This document shows positions 18,005 through 27,707 of a stretch of 48,087 nt of DNA, piece by piece (position 1 is the stretch's first letter; every line of letters begins with the position of its first letter). Source of the DNA: Phycisphaerae bacterium (GTDB lineage: Bacteria; Planctomycetota; Phycisphaerae; Tepidisphaerales; Tepidisphaeraceae); contig JBBCIV010000030.1 of the NCBI GenBank assembly GCA_037189665.1, forward strand, positions 1 through 48,087, in the 5' to 3' direction. Below the pieces are notes generated by a model that had not been told where the DNA came from, did no database searches, and saw only the letters and a program-made list of their open reading frames with translations. A program made the position numbers and the translations under genes.

Positions 18005-20104
18005 TTAGCCAGGCAGCAGCACGATACGGTGATATTCGTATCCCATCCAGTTGAGCACAAGGCTTGCGACAAGCCAGAACGCTGCTGCTGCGGCCTCGCC
18101 GACCACCAGGCCGATGAACACGCTTCGGCTTGCCTTCAGCAGCGACGCGCCGCCGAACCTCACGATGATGACCTTCGCCAGCCATCCGAGCATCACGCTG
18201 AACCAGATCCGGGCAGCGGCGTAGCTATAAACGACGATGAACCCGATCGGGTGCAGCGGCCACCAGCCGAAGGTCAGCCGCAGGGCGCTGGTAAGCCCGA
18301 CGATCCCGCCGCCGATGCCGATGTGGACCAGCGGGTTGTGCTCCTCCGGTCGCGGTCCGTTGACGTAGTTGTTGACCGGGTCCAGCACCTGAACCACGGG
18401 CACGCGTTGGACGGCGTAGGGGTTGATCATGTCATCGGGCGTCGGCGCGACGGTGGTGGCGTACCTATACTCCACCCACAACATGCTCGCCGCCGACACC
18501 GCGTAACCCGCCACGAGCGCCAGCGCCACCGCCAGGACGAAGCTGAGCCCCGTTCGCCATCGTCGGGATCGCTCGAACGCCGCCGAGTCGGCGACGCGCA
18601 CGCCGGTGAGGAAGAACGCCGCGAAGCTCTCGCGCACGTCGTGAAACAGGCCGTTGACCATGCCGCTGAAGAAGAACGTCGTGTTGGTCGTCCGCACCGC
18701 CGGGAAGTCGAGCAGCGGCGGATAGAACCACGTGCGGTAGACGTTCCAGTTCACCTGCACGAAGACCAGGCCGGTTTCAGCGACGATGCGGGCGGTCATC
18801 ATCAGCATCATCAGCAGCGATAGCGTGATGACCGCCGCGCCGATCAAGGTTGTGCCGGCGAACGTGAACCACCCGATCAGTCCTGCGAAGCAGGCGACAA
18901 CGCCCCAGCCGGCGAGGCCGTAGGGGAGATAGCGCGATTCGGTTTCGTCCGCGCGGCGCCGGCCGACCATCGAGCGGAGGATCATCCACCAGTGTTGCCG
19001 GCCTACCCAGATGATGACCGCCGTCATCATCAGCAGTCCGCCGAAGTTCTGGTCGTTCTTCATCTGCCCGGTGAAGCTGACCTGGTTCATCCCCAAGAAC
19101 ACGTGAGCCAGGTTCATCAGCACGTAGAAGAACCAGATGCTGAACGCGATCTTGCTTTGCAGGAAGAACGTCATGCCGACGACGCAGAAGAAGATCTCGT
19201 TACGGCGGAAATCGCCCATGAGATAGGAGAACGGCGGGTCGGCGAGGATGCCGATGAAATCGTACGAACGCGGGATTTCCGGCACGGCGGGCGTGTAGGC
19301 GTTCATGCCGTTGAAAAAGTGCAGCCCGAACACCGCCGCAGCGGCGATCCAGAAGCCATAGGAGCGGAACAGCGCGTTCACCGCCCGCCCCGGCTCCGGC
19401 GCTTCGATCAACGCGCCGTAGACCGTCGCGAGCGGAAACGCCAGCCGCTCGTTTTCCACCCATTGCCGGCGCACCAGCAGACATAGAAACGCCATCAACC
19501 CCCATAAGAGCGCGATGAACACGCCCCACGTCGCCAGCGGCGTAAGCCACGCGGCCCACGGGATCGATCCATCCGGCGACCGCGCGACGAACTGGCGATA
19601 GACGTCGGAGTTGGCGATGTCGCGAGGCGTCTTGGCGTCATCAGGATAGTCGGGCAGAAGCCAGCGGGGGAGGTTGACCGTTTCGGTGAGGATCTTCGCG
19701 AACTCCGGCCGATCGGCGGCGGCGGTGGGGAGGCCGACGAGCAGGGCGGGCAGGTATCGCATCAGCCCGCTGGACGGCAGCGAGCACGCCGCCAGCATCA
19801 TCGCGGTGATGACCGCCAACTCCGCCTCGCGAAACGCCGCCGAGGGCTTCCATCGCAGGAGCGAGGCGTTCAGCACCAGCACGATCACCAGCAGGATGAG
19901 CACCAGCGCGATCGGCAGGAAGTTGCCGACCATGTAGGTGTTGGCGACGGCGAAATCGTTGTAAGGGGTGAGGCCGCAGATGAGCGCAACGCCGAGAAGC
20001 CCGGTCAGCACGCTTCGCCACGTCACCGCCCGCGGCTTCGGCTCGGCGAGCAGGTCGGGGTGGGGACGCGGTAAGTCGTTATCCGGGGAATCTCGTTCGG
20101 CCAT
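18005..20104 (-). CDS. Large polytopic membrane protein, paralog B (699 aa), unknown function
   Basis: >=12 hydrophobic segments. Shares long identical blocks with the upstream paralog (LAACS[IL]PSSGLMRYLP, QWxENERLAFPLATVY, DETESRYLPY, NWMG[YF]EYHRIVLLP). Confidence 0.7.
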   Translation of the reverse strand: MAERDSPDNDLPRPHPDLLAEPKPRAVTWRSVLTGLLGVALICGLTPYNDFAVANTYMVGNFLPIALVLILLVIVLVLNASLLRWKPSAAFREAELAVITAMMLAACSLPSSGLMRYLPALLVGLPTAAADRPEFAKILTETVNLPRWLLPDYPDDAKTPRDIANSDVYRQFVARSPDGSIPWAAWLTPLATWGVFIALLWGLMAFLCLLVRRQWVENERLAFPLATVYGALIEAPEPGRAVNALFRSYGFWIAAAAVFGLHFFNGMNAYTPAVPEIPRSYDFIGILADPPFSYLMGDFRRNEIFFCVVGMTFFLQSKIAFSIWFFYVLMNLAHVFLGMNQVSFTGQMKNDQNFGGLLMMTAVIIWVGRQHWWMILRSMVGRRRADETESRYLPYGLAGWGVVACFAGLIGWFTFAGTTLIGAAVITLSLLMMLMMTARIVAETGLVFVQVNWNVYRTWFYPPLLDFPAVRTTNTTFFFSGMVNGLFHDVRESFAAFFLTGVRVADSAAFERSRRWRTGLSFVLAVALALVAGYAVSAASMLWVEYRYATTVAPTPDDMINPYAVQRVPVVQVLDPVNNYVNGPRPEEHNPLVHIGIGGGIVGLTSALRLTFGWWPLHPIGFIVVYSYAAARIWFSVMLGWLAKVIIVRFGGASLLKASRSVFIGLVVGEAAAAAFWLVASLVLNWMGYEYHRIVLLPG

Positions 20105-20131
20105 CGGGCTCTCTCCTTACGCCTCGGTCGA

Positions 20132-22264
20132 TCAGTAGGGCAGCAGCACGATGCGGTGGTATTCGAAGCCCATCCAGTTCGCCGTAAGACTGTACAACAT
20201 CCAGAACGCCGCGGCGGCCGCCTCGCCCACCACCAGGCCGATGAACACCGGCCGGCCCGCCTTCAGCAGCGTTGCGCCGCCGAATCGCACCATGATCACC
20301 TTTGCCAGCCAGCCCAGCATGATGCTGAACCAGATCTTGTGGATCGCCCAGCTCGACAACAACACGAACGCGATCGGATGCAACGGCCACCATGCCAGGT
20401 TCAGGCGCAGCACGCTCAGCACGCCCACGATCGTCGCGCCCAAACCGATATGGAACGCGTGACTATGTCCCTCCGGGCGAGCCGATCGGTACACGTCGGC
20501 AGTATCGAGCAGCTTCGTTCGCGGCGACCATTCGGTGCCGTAGGTATTGATCGGCGCCAGCGGCGGATCGGACATGCTGGTGGCGTAGTTGTACTCCGTC
20601 CACAACATGCTCGCCGCCGACACCCAGTAGGCGACGAACAGCGCCAGCACGATCGCCAGAACGTAGCTGACGCCCGTTCGCCAGCGGCGCGATTTTTCGT
20701 ATGCCGCGATGTCCGCCACCCGCGTGCCGGTGATGAAGAACGCCGCGAAGCTCTCGCGCAGGTCGTGGAACAACAGCGTGATGTAGCTGGAGACGAAAAA
20801 CGTGCCCTGCGTCGAGCGGATCGGCGTTTCGGGGATGAACAGCGGGTAATACCACAGGCGGTTCATCAGCCAGTTGATCTGCACGAAGATGAGCCCCGTC
20901 TCCGCCACCACGCGGGCCACCAGCATCAGCACCATCACCAGCGCCAGCGAGATGCCGACCGAGCCGATCCACGTTGCCCCCATCAGCTTGATGAAGACCG
21001 TCACGCCCGCCCAGCAGGCGAACGCGCCCCATCCGGCGAAAGCATAAGGGAGGTAGCGCGATTCGGTTTCGTCCGGCCGGCGGGCGCCGAACATGTGGCG
21101 GATGACCATCCACCAGTGCGCCCGGCCGACGTAGATGATCACCGCCGTCATCACGACCGCGCCGCCGAAGGTCTGGTCCTGGCGCATCTGGTCGGTGAGC
21201 GTGTATTGCGCGCCGCCCAGGATGATCAGCACCCCCTGCATCAGCACGAACATGAACCACAGGCTGAACGACGTCTTGCTTTGCAGGAAGAACGCCATGC
21301 CGACGATCGAAAACATCACCTCGCTACTGCGGAAATCGCCGGAGGTATAGGAGAGCGGGGGGTCGGCAAAGGTGGTGTTGAAGTCGTAGATGCGAGGGAT
21401 CTCCGGCACCTTGGGGAAGTACTCGTGAAAGCCGTTAAACCCGTGCAGGATGAAAACCGCCCCGGCGGCGATCCAGAAGCCGCTCGAGCGGAATAGCGCA
21501 TTCCAGCACTTGCCGGGCTCGGGGGATTCGACGAGCGAGGAGTAAACGGTCGCCAGCGGGAAGGCGAGGCGTTCGTTTTCCGCCCACTGCCTGCGGACGA
21601 TGATCGTGAGGAAGATCATCAATCCCCAGAGCAGCGCGACAAACGCGCCCCACATCACCAGCGGCCGAACCCAGGCGGCCCAGGGGACCGTGCCGTCGGA
21701 CGACCGCATGCGGTAGTCTTTGAAAACGTCGCTTTCGCCGATCGCGGCGGGGTCGGTGATGTCGGAGCCGATGTCGGGCATCAGCCAGGCGGGCAGGCCG
21801 GCTTCGGTGAGCGTTTTCGCGTAGTCAGGCGAGGTGGAGGCGGCGGTGTACAGGCCGATGATGGTGCCGGGCAGGTAGCGCATCAGCCCGCTGGACGGGA
21901 TTGAGCACGCCGCCAGCATCATCGCCATCACGATCGCCAGTTCCGACTCGCGAAGGGCGTTTCCCGGCGTCCATCGGTGCATCGCCGCGTTCAGGACGAG
22001 CACCAGGACGAGCATCACCAGCACCAGCCCGATGGGCATGAAGTTGCCGACGATCAGCGTGTTGGCGACCGCCCAGTCGTTATAGGGAGAAAGGCCGCAG
22101 ATGAAGATGACGCCGAGCAATCCCAGCAGCACGCTTCGCAACGTCACCGCGCGCGGCCGGGGCTCGGCTAGCGAGGTTTGGGACGGCAGGCCCGCAGTAG
22201 GTCTTTGCGGTAGATTGGGCTGCTGCGACATGGATCGTTCGGTTCCCTTCCGCCTGACGGCCAC
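20132..22264 (-). CDS. Large polytopic membrane protein, paralog A (710 aa), unknown function
   Basis: Same architecture and motifs as 18005..20104, 27 bp upstream of it on the same strand. Confidence 0.7.
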   Translation of the reverse strand: MAVRRKGTERSMSQQPNLPQRPTAGLPSQTSLAEPRPRAVTLRSVLLGLLGVIFICGLSPYNDWAVANTLIVGNFMPIGLVLVMLVLVLVLNAAMHRWTPGNALRESELAIVMAMMLAACSIPSSGLMRYLPGTIIGLYTAASTSPDYAKTLTEAGLPAWLMPDIGSDITDPAAIGESDVFKDYRMRSSDGTVPWAAWVRPLVMWGAFVALLWGLMIFLTIIVRRQWAENERLAFPLATVYSSLVESPEPGKCWNALFRSSGFWIAAGAVFILHGFNGFHEYFPKVPEIPRIYDFNTTFADPPLSYTSGDFRSSEVMFSIVGMAFFLQSKTSFSLWFMFVLMQGVLIILGGAQYTLTDQMRQDQTFGGAVVMTAVIIYVGRAHWWMVIRHMFGARRPDETESRYLPYAFAGWGAFACWAGVTVFIKLMGATWIGSVGISLALVMVLMLVARVVAETGLIFVQINWLMNRLWYYPLFIPETPIRSTQGTFFVSSYITLLFHDLRESFAAFFITGTRVADIAAYEKSRRWRTGVSYVLAIVLALFVAYWVSAASMLWTEYNYATSMSDPPLAPINTYGTEWSPRTKLLDTADVYRSARPEGHSHAFHIGLGATIVGVLSVLRLNLAWWPLHPIAFVLLSSWAIHKIWFSIMLGWLAKVIMVRFGGATLLKAGRPVFIGLVVGEAAAAAFWMLYSLTANWMGFEYHRIVLLPY

Positions 22265-22301
22265 GACGACGTGTGCTGATTGACGATGCGCGATCGCGCG
22301 A

Positions 22302-23147
22302 TCAGGTCCCCAGTTGTTCGGCCTCTTCGTTGATCGCCATTTCCTCCAGCTTCGGGATCAACGCCCGGCACTCGGCCGACTGAGGCGACAGCGGATAACG
22401 GTCGATCAGGTCTTCCGCCAGCTGAATGGCGTCCTTGAAACGCCGGGAGGTGATCAGCCGGTGAAGTTCACGTTCCAATTCTTGGCGGTGTTCGATTTCC
22501 GCGTTCTCACGAATTGTGGCCAACTGCTGGATCACCTTTGCTCCGCGCGGGTGATCGCCAAACTTACCTGCCATCTCCTCCGCGTCCCGCAGTGCCCGTT
22601 GCCACTCACGACGTTCGACCGCGTCACGGATTTGCGCGTACAAACGGTTTACCGCTGTTTCCCGGCGGACGTTGTATTCGTGAACGATGCGACCAAGAAG
22701 ATTTTTCAATTCCGGTTGTTCGGGAAATCTCAGCAGCTCGGCTTTGACCGCGTCGATGGCGACCTGCCACTGCCCGACCGACATGTACGACTCGATCTTC
22801 GGCGACAGCCGCTGCATCGCGTCGGCGAGGGCCGCATCGCGCCGAGCCCAGGCAGAAAGGCGGATTTCCTCGGCCTCGGGATCGTCGGAGTAGTGGTGTT
22901 GTAGTTCGAGGATGAACGGCTCCAGCCGATCAAAATGGCCACCTGAGATGGCGCGCTCGATTTGGCCGCGAAGCGTCGCTAACTGATGGCGGCGATGTTC
23001 CTGGGCGCGGACCTGACGTTCGGATTCGGGAAGCAGCGAGAGTTCGAGCACCGTTCGCAGCGTGTTCTCCAGTCGCGCGATCTGCTGCGACTGCTGGCGG
23101 ATCAGCTCACGAAGGGACTGAAGTTCCTGTGCAACGGTCGTCTCCAT
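22302..23147 (-). CDS. Hypothetical coiled-coil protein
   Basis: Glu/Arg/Leu/Gln-rich heptad-like sequence with no recognised catalytic motif. The overlapping + ORFs are low complexity. Confidence 0.55.
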   Translation of the reverse strand: METTVAQELQSLRELIRQQSQQIARLENTLRTVLELSLLPESERQVRAQEHRRHQLATLRGQIERAISGGHFDRLEPFILELQHHYSDDPEAEEIRLSAWARRDAALADAMQRLSPKIESYMSVGQWQVAIDAVKAELLRFPEQPELKNLLGRIVHEYNVRRETAVNRLYAQIRDAVERREWQRALRDAEEMAGKFGDHPRGAKVIQQLATIRENAEIEHRQELERELHRLITSRRFKDAIQLAEDLIDRYPLSPQSAECRALIPKLEEMAINEEAEQLGT

Positions 23148-23215
23148 CGCGAAGGGCGAATATAGCGGGATGCGGCAGGGGACGCGAGCGTGAGCGACGT
23201 GGTAACAAATAACGC

Positions 23216-23256
23216 GGGCGGGCCCAACGCCGAGTTTGGCCCGCCGCCCGTCATCG
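23216..23256 (-). terminator. GC-rich hairpin terminator candidate downstream of gene 23277..24443
   Basis: cgggcgggcccaa...ttggcccgccgcccg inverted repeat, followed on the minus strand by GTTATTTGTT. Confidence 0.35.
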
Positions 23257-23276
23257 TTTAAATGGGTAGGTCGCGA

Positions 23277-24443
23277 TCAGTTGGCCGCCCGCCAGGTGTA
23301 GATGTCGGGCTTGAAGCTCTTGAACTTTGAGCCGTTGGCATATTGTTTCATTAACTTATTGATCGGTTCGATAAACGCGTCGTACTGCGGATTATTACGG
23401 GTGCGGTGGAAGCCGGCCGTCGTGACGACGCTGAACCAGGTTTTGCTATAGCCGGGCAGGCCCTGTTCGGCGGTGACGGAGACGCCGTTTTCCGACAGGA
23501 AGCGAACCAGCTCTTCCGCCGGCTCCTTGCGGGGAACCGACAGCAGCACGACGTACTGGACGCCGACGATCCGCTTGCCGTTGGCGGGCAGTTTGACCGG
23601 GGCGAGCGAGCTTTCGACCGACACGTTGGCCGGCGGCGTGCTGACCGGCACGCGGGCGACCGCGGGGTCAGGTTGCCTGACAGGCGCGGCGGGAGGCGTG
23701 TTGACGGGCGCCGTCGGCGGTTTGATGTTCAGCACGTCTGGCCGGGGGGGGGAATTGGCGAGAGTGGCGTTCGACGAGTCGTTGCGGCCGTTGATCTTGA
23801 AGACCACCAGCACGATGCCCATCACCACCAGCAACGCAATTCCCGCCGCCAAGCCCGTCGTGTAGCTGAGTTGGAAGGGCAGCGCGAACCGCTTGCGAGG
23901 CTCGGCGTTGGCTTCCTCCGACTCGAATTCGTCATCCCGACGCTGCGAGCCGAAGAGGTCGGCGACGTTGTTCAGCACCGGGTCGGGGCTGACGTCGTCG
24001 TACGTATCCTTCATGCGCGACGCAGCGGCGATCTCCTCGCGAACGCGGCGGGCGATGTCTTCCGAGGGCGACGGGGCGGGCTCGGCATCGCGGGCAATCG
24101 TCTTCACCGCCGGGCGAGGAGCGGGCGGCGGCTCGACCGGCGCTGCAGGCGTTTCTTCGACGGCATATTTCGTTGCTACGGGTTGGGCCGCCGGCGCCGG
24201 GGTTTCAACCCGGGCAGACGGTGGGGGAGCGGTGACCGCGACGGCTTCCGCAGGCACCTCGCGCATGACCGGGGTGCGGTTCCCGTGCATCCACGACAGG
24301 TTTTTCAGCTTGGAAGCGGCGGATTGGATCACGCCGGGCTGCTGCGTGCGCTGTTGTTCAAGTCTGCGCTGCTGCTCGAGTTGTTTCTGTTGTGCGGCAC
24401 GGATCACTTCGAAAAGTGCCGGCCCCTTCTTGCCCTTTGCCAT
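23277..24443 (-). CDS. Membrane-anchored Pro/Ala-rich protein with possible C-terminal SPOR-like domain
   Basis: Start at MAKGKKGP (ATG 24443). Charged N-terminus, Pro-rich spacer, single TM (LAAGIALLVVMGIVLVVF). C-terminal ~90 aa (VGVQYVVLLSVPRKEPAEELVRFLSENGVSVTAEQ...WFSVVTTAGF) is weakly SPOR-like. Confidence 0.5.
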   Translation of the reverse strand: MAKGKKGPALFEVIRAAQQKQLEQQRRLEQQRTQQPGVIQSAASKLKNLSWMHGNRTPVMREVPAEAVAVTAPPPSARVETPAPAAQPVATKYAVEETPAAPVEPPPAPRPAVKTIARDAEPAPSPSEDIARRVREEIAAASRMKDTYDDVSPDPVLNNVADLFGSQRRDDEFESEEANAEPRKRFALPFQLSYTTGLAAGIALLVVMGIVLVVFKINGRNDSSNATLANSPPRPDVLNIKPPTAPVNTPPAAPVRQPDPAVARVPVSTPPANVSVESSLAPVKLPANGKRIVGVQYVVLLSVPRKEPAEELVRFLSENGVSVTAEQGLPGYSKTWFSVVTTAGFHRTRNNPQYDAFIEPINKLMKQYANGSKFKSFKPDIYTWRAAN

Positions 24444-24762
24444 CCTGGCCTCACTTTCGCGTGATTTCGCGAGTGACACGACGAGCGCAATCCATTGCGC
24501 GTCCGATAAACACAACCATCCCTGTACCAGAATCTAAATCGGCGAAGTCGCGTTCGCAAGAACAAGATTCGTTCGAATGCGAAATGTTAACCGTCGAACG
24601 CGAAATGACGCCTGTAACGCGTCGTCATACGCATCCGTGCCACATTTCACGAGCGCGATGGCGCGCTTCGCCGCACCTGCGAATCGTACATCCTGCCTGA
24701 TTTCACTCGCGCGCTGGGTGTGTCGTGTGCGCGCGAGGTGACGCGACGGCGAAGGTGCGTAT

Positions 24763-25797
24763 ATGGAACGCCCGATCCTCAATCCGACTGTTTTCGATGA
24801 CCCCGATCGCCACCCGCTGCCGCCCATGCCGCACGAGCCGTGGCACGCCGGGCGGCTGTTCGTCCAGCTTGGTCGAGGAGTAGCGCAAATGCTGCGGGCG
24901 GCCTGGAAGCTGCTCTGGACGCCGCTCATCCCGCGGCGTCTGCCCCGGACGACCGAGCAGCGAAGCCTGCTGGTACGCGTGGTCGCTCCGGTGGTATTCC
25001 GGCTGATGTTCGTGGTAGTGCTGGTGTTGATGGCGGTGGCGTTGCAGGTCCACCTGCTGACGCATCCGCTGTCGCCGGCGATCGTTGGGACGCCGGTGGC
25101 AGGAGCGGTGCACGTCGATCGGATGACGCTACGCACGACCGATGGCGTGGTGATCGAGGCGTTTCTCGCACCGGCGATGGACGAACGGCAAGTGTTGAAT
25201 CACGGCGAAGTTGCGATTCGCGCCAAGTGGCCGGCCGTCCTGCTGGTGCCCGATCAGCAGAGCGATGGTCATGGGCTCGACAAGCTCATTCGAACCCTTC
25301 ACGACAACGGCTACGTCGCCATGCTTGTCCGTCTGCGCGGCACCGGAACCGCCGATTGCGCCCAGACGATGGGCCTCCGCGAACGCCACGACGTCGCGGC
25401 GGCGGTGGCGCACCTGCGGTCGTTGACGTACGTCGATCAGGCGCGGATCTCGATCATCGGCACTGGAACGGGCGCCACCGCCGCCATGCTCGCCCGGCGG
25501 GACGATCCGACGATCCATCACGTCATCGTTCATGAGCCGGTCGTCAGCTTTGACGACGCCATCGTCGATTCGGCGGCGGCAGTATATCTCAGGCCGGCGT
25601 GCCGGTGGGCGTTCGAAGTGATGCACCAGGTCGATGCCGAAGACCTCCATCGCGACGGCCTTCTGCAGCAGTTGAACGGCAAGGTGTTGCTCCTCGCCGG
25701 CCACCCCTCGCGGCCGCCGCAGCGGCAGATGATCGCGATGTATCTTCAAGCCTCGCGGAGCAACGCTGACGAGCAGCAGATGTCGGCCGCGCGGTGA
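24763..25797 (+). CDS. Membrane-anchored alpha/beta-hydrolase-like protein (degenerate nucleophile elbow)
   Basis: N-terminal TM (VVFRLMFVVVLVLMAVALQV). DLH/peptidase-like core with IIGTGTGATAAM where GxSxG is expected. Confidence 0.5.
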   Translation: MERPILNPTVFDDPDRHPLPPMPHEPWHAGRLFVQLGRGVAQMLRAAWKLLWTPLIPRRLPRTTEQRSLLVRVVAPVVFRLMFVVVLVLMAVALQVHLLTHPLSPAIVGTPVAGAVHVDRMTLRTTDGVVIEAFLAPAMDERQVLNHGEVAIRAKWPAVLLVPDQQSDGHGLDKLIRTLHDNGYVAMLVRLRGTGTADCAQTMGLRERHDVAAAVAHLRSLTYVDQARISIIGTGTGATAAMLARRDDPTIHHVIVHEPVVSFDDAIVDSAAAVYLRPACRWAFEVMHQVDAEDLHRDGLLQQLNGKVLLLAGHPSRPPQRQMIAMYLQASRSNADEQQMSAAR

Positions 25798-27185
25798 CCA
25801 TGCCTGGCCACGAGGTTGATCGATCGCGCCGGAGCCCCCGGCCGATCGATCTCCCAGATGACGGCCGTCTGGCGATCCGCCGAAATGCCGACGACCTGCG
25901 GGCCGCACGCGCACAGCATTCGCAGCGCCACCTGCGGCGAATGCAGTTCCAGCATCGGCGCGCCGGCGGTCGAGACGATCTCCACCGGACCTGATTCCCC
26001 TGCGAGCGCCAACGCCGTCATCCCCTGCACTTCGATCAACGCCACCGCCTGCAATCGCGTGGATCGGCGGAACTCGCTTCGCTTGGATAGATCGGATCGC
26101 GATACGCGCTCGACTACGCCGTTCTCACGAACGAGCCACACCGAATCGGCGGTAAGCTCGATTGCCAGGATCGCGCCTTCCTGCTGATAAACGGCCGATA
26201 CCTCGTCGCCCGCCAGCCGCATCATACGGTCGCCGACGGCGAAGAGGATGCGTTCGTCCAACGTCGTGAGATGTCGCGCCGGCGCATCGGTCGGGATGGC
26301 GGACAGCGGTTCGCGGTCTTCGAGTTTCCATCGCAGAAGGCCGAACTCCGAGTGGGCCGCCACCAGCGTGCCGGACACGCCGTCGATCGCCACGCTATTG
26401 ATTCCCCGCTCTGATGATCGGCCGTGCAGATAGAGGGGATGCGATCCGACTGATGCTCCATGCTGGCCGCCGAGGAGCAGGTCGCCTCCCTGCCGGACGA
26501 CGCTGCGCAGCGGGCCGATCGCCTCGGTTGTCTGGACGACGCGGGTTTCGCCATTGGCGGGGTTCAACTCGATCAGGTTCGCGCCGGCGGCGATGAGGCA
26601 CGATCGCGCCGTGGCGCTGCGGAGCAATAGTTGCAGCAGCGTGGCCTGTTCGTCGGGACGCAGGCCGTCGGTGGTGCCGAGGTCGCGGGTGTGCTTCAGT
26701 ACCTGGGCGGCGCGGTCGAGCCGGTCGATCTGATCTCGCTGCACGCGCTCGGCCGCACGCTTGGCGTCGAGCGAGGGACAGGCGATCGTCACGTTGGCAG
26801 GGGGGACGAACTCCAGGCCGCAGGCGAAGCCGAACTCGTTGGCCCGCTCGAGCACCAGTTGCGACACCATCGCCCGTTGTCCGATCGCCGATTCGGCGTC
26901 GTGCTGGGCCGCGAACGTGCGAAGCGTCGTTTCCAGCGCCGGCAAAAGTCGCTGGCGAACGGTGTCGACGCTCACCACGCTGTCGCCTGCCAGCAGTTGT
27001 TCTTTGAAGAGTTCCAGGTCGGCGTCGCGCTCCACAAGGCGGACCGACACGTCGCCGCGCACGTTGAGCTCATGCCCGTCTCGCGAGATGAGCGGGCCGA
27101 CGACGACCGACAGCCGCACGGCATCATGCCGGTATACGCTGCCGTCGGCGGTTCGCTTGGCCAGCTCGGTGGCGGTGAGTTGCAT
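25746..27185 (-). CDS. Hypothetical protein: N-terminal SPFH/band-7-like region plus C-terminal repeat (beta-propeller-like) region
   Basis: N-terminal ~200 aa resemble SPFH (VYRHDAVRLSVVVGPLISRDGHELNVRGDVSVRLVERD...LVLERANEFGFACGLE). C-terminal half has repeated ~45-aa hydrophobic/Gly units. Confidence 0.5.
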   Translation of the reverse strand: MQLTATELAKRTADGSVYRHDAVRLSVVVGPLISRDGHELNVRGDVSVRLVERDADLELFKEQLLAGDSVVSVDTVRQRLLPALETTLRTFAAQHDAESAIGQRAMVSQLVLERANEFGFACGLEFVPPANVTIACPSLDAKRAAERVQRDQIDRLDRAAQVLKHTRDLGTTDGLRPDEQATLLQLLLRSATARSCLIAAGANLIELNPANGETRVVQTTEAIGPLRSVVRQGGDLLLGGQHGASVGSHPLYLHGRSSERGINSVAIDGVSGTLVAAHSEFGLLRWKLEDREPLSAIPTDAPARHLTTLDERILFAVGDRMMRLAGDEVSAVYQQEGAILAIELTADSVWLVRENGVVERVSRSDLSKRSEFRRSTRLQAVALIEVQGMTALALAGESGPVEIVSTAGAPMLELHSPQVALRMLCACGPQVVGISADRQTAVIWEIDRPGAPARSINLVARHGHRAADICCSSALLREA

Positions 27186-27204
27186 CGCCCGATTGTACGC
27201 TCAA

Positions 27205-27243
27205 CCCCCGCCCCGAAAAGAACGAAACGCCGGCGGGCGGGGG
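27205..27243 (-). terminator. GC-rich hairpin downstream of GNAT gene
   Basis: CCCCCGCCC...GGGCGGGGG 9-bp stem with a weak U-tract on the minus strand. Confidence 0.3.
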
Positions 27244-27249
27244 AAGCGA

Positions 27250-27666
27250 TCAGTCAAACGCGCGAAGGTAGATCAGCGCGTCCTGCTTGCGGAGCAGGTT
27301 CTTGATCGTCGAGACGTGATGAAACCCATGCCGGCTCAAGAACGCCCGGCCGATCACCTGGGATTTCTGTTCGATGCTGATCCAGACGCGCCGCGGCTTG
27401 ATCTCCAGCGAGGTGAACAGCGTGCGGGCCTGGTCGTAGATCGCCCGCATGATCGCCGAGCCGTGGCCGGCGCGTTGGTGGAGCGGGTCGACCGAGAGAT
27501 CGAGGATCTGCACCACGCCGTCCTCGCCCAGCGGCGCGTGCCACCGGGCGGTGGCGACGACCGCCTTGCCGTCGAGCAGACGCAATTCCTGGATGAACGG
27601 GAGGGCGGGCTTGGCGGGAATCTTGTTGACGACGGTCAACTTGGCGCGGGGGCGTTCATCGGGCAT
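27250..27666 (-). CDS. GNAT family N-acetyltransferase
   Basis: QRAGHGSAIMRAIYDQAR acetyl-CoA-binding motif A; size 138 aa. Confidence 0.75.
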   Translation of the reverse strand: MPDERPRAKLTVVNKIPAKPALPFIQELRLLDGKAVVATARWHAPLGEDGVVQILDLSVDPLHQRAGHGSAIMRAIYDQARTLFTSLEIKPRRVWISIEQKSQVIGRAFLSRHGFHHVSTIKNLLRKQDALIYLRAFD

Positions 27667-27707
27667 GGATCGGATTCTCGGTTTTTTTTCGTAGCCTTCC
27701 GGCGTGC

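Noticed and set aside
22265-22301. Possible regulatory element between the coiled-coil gene and the membrane-protein paralogs
   Set aside because: The spacer is too short (37 bp) and featureless. It is probably just an intercistronic region of a minus-strand operon.
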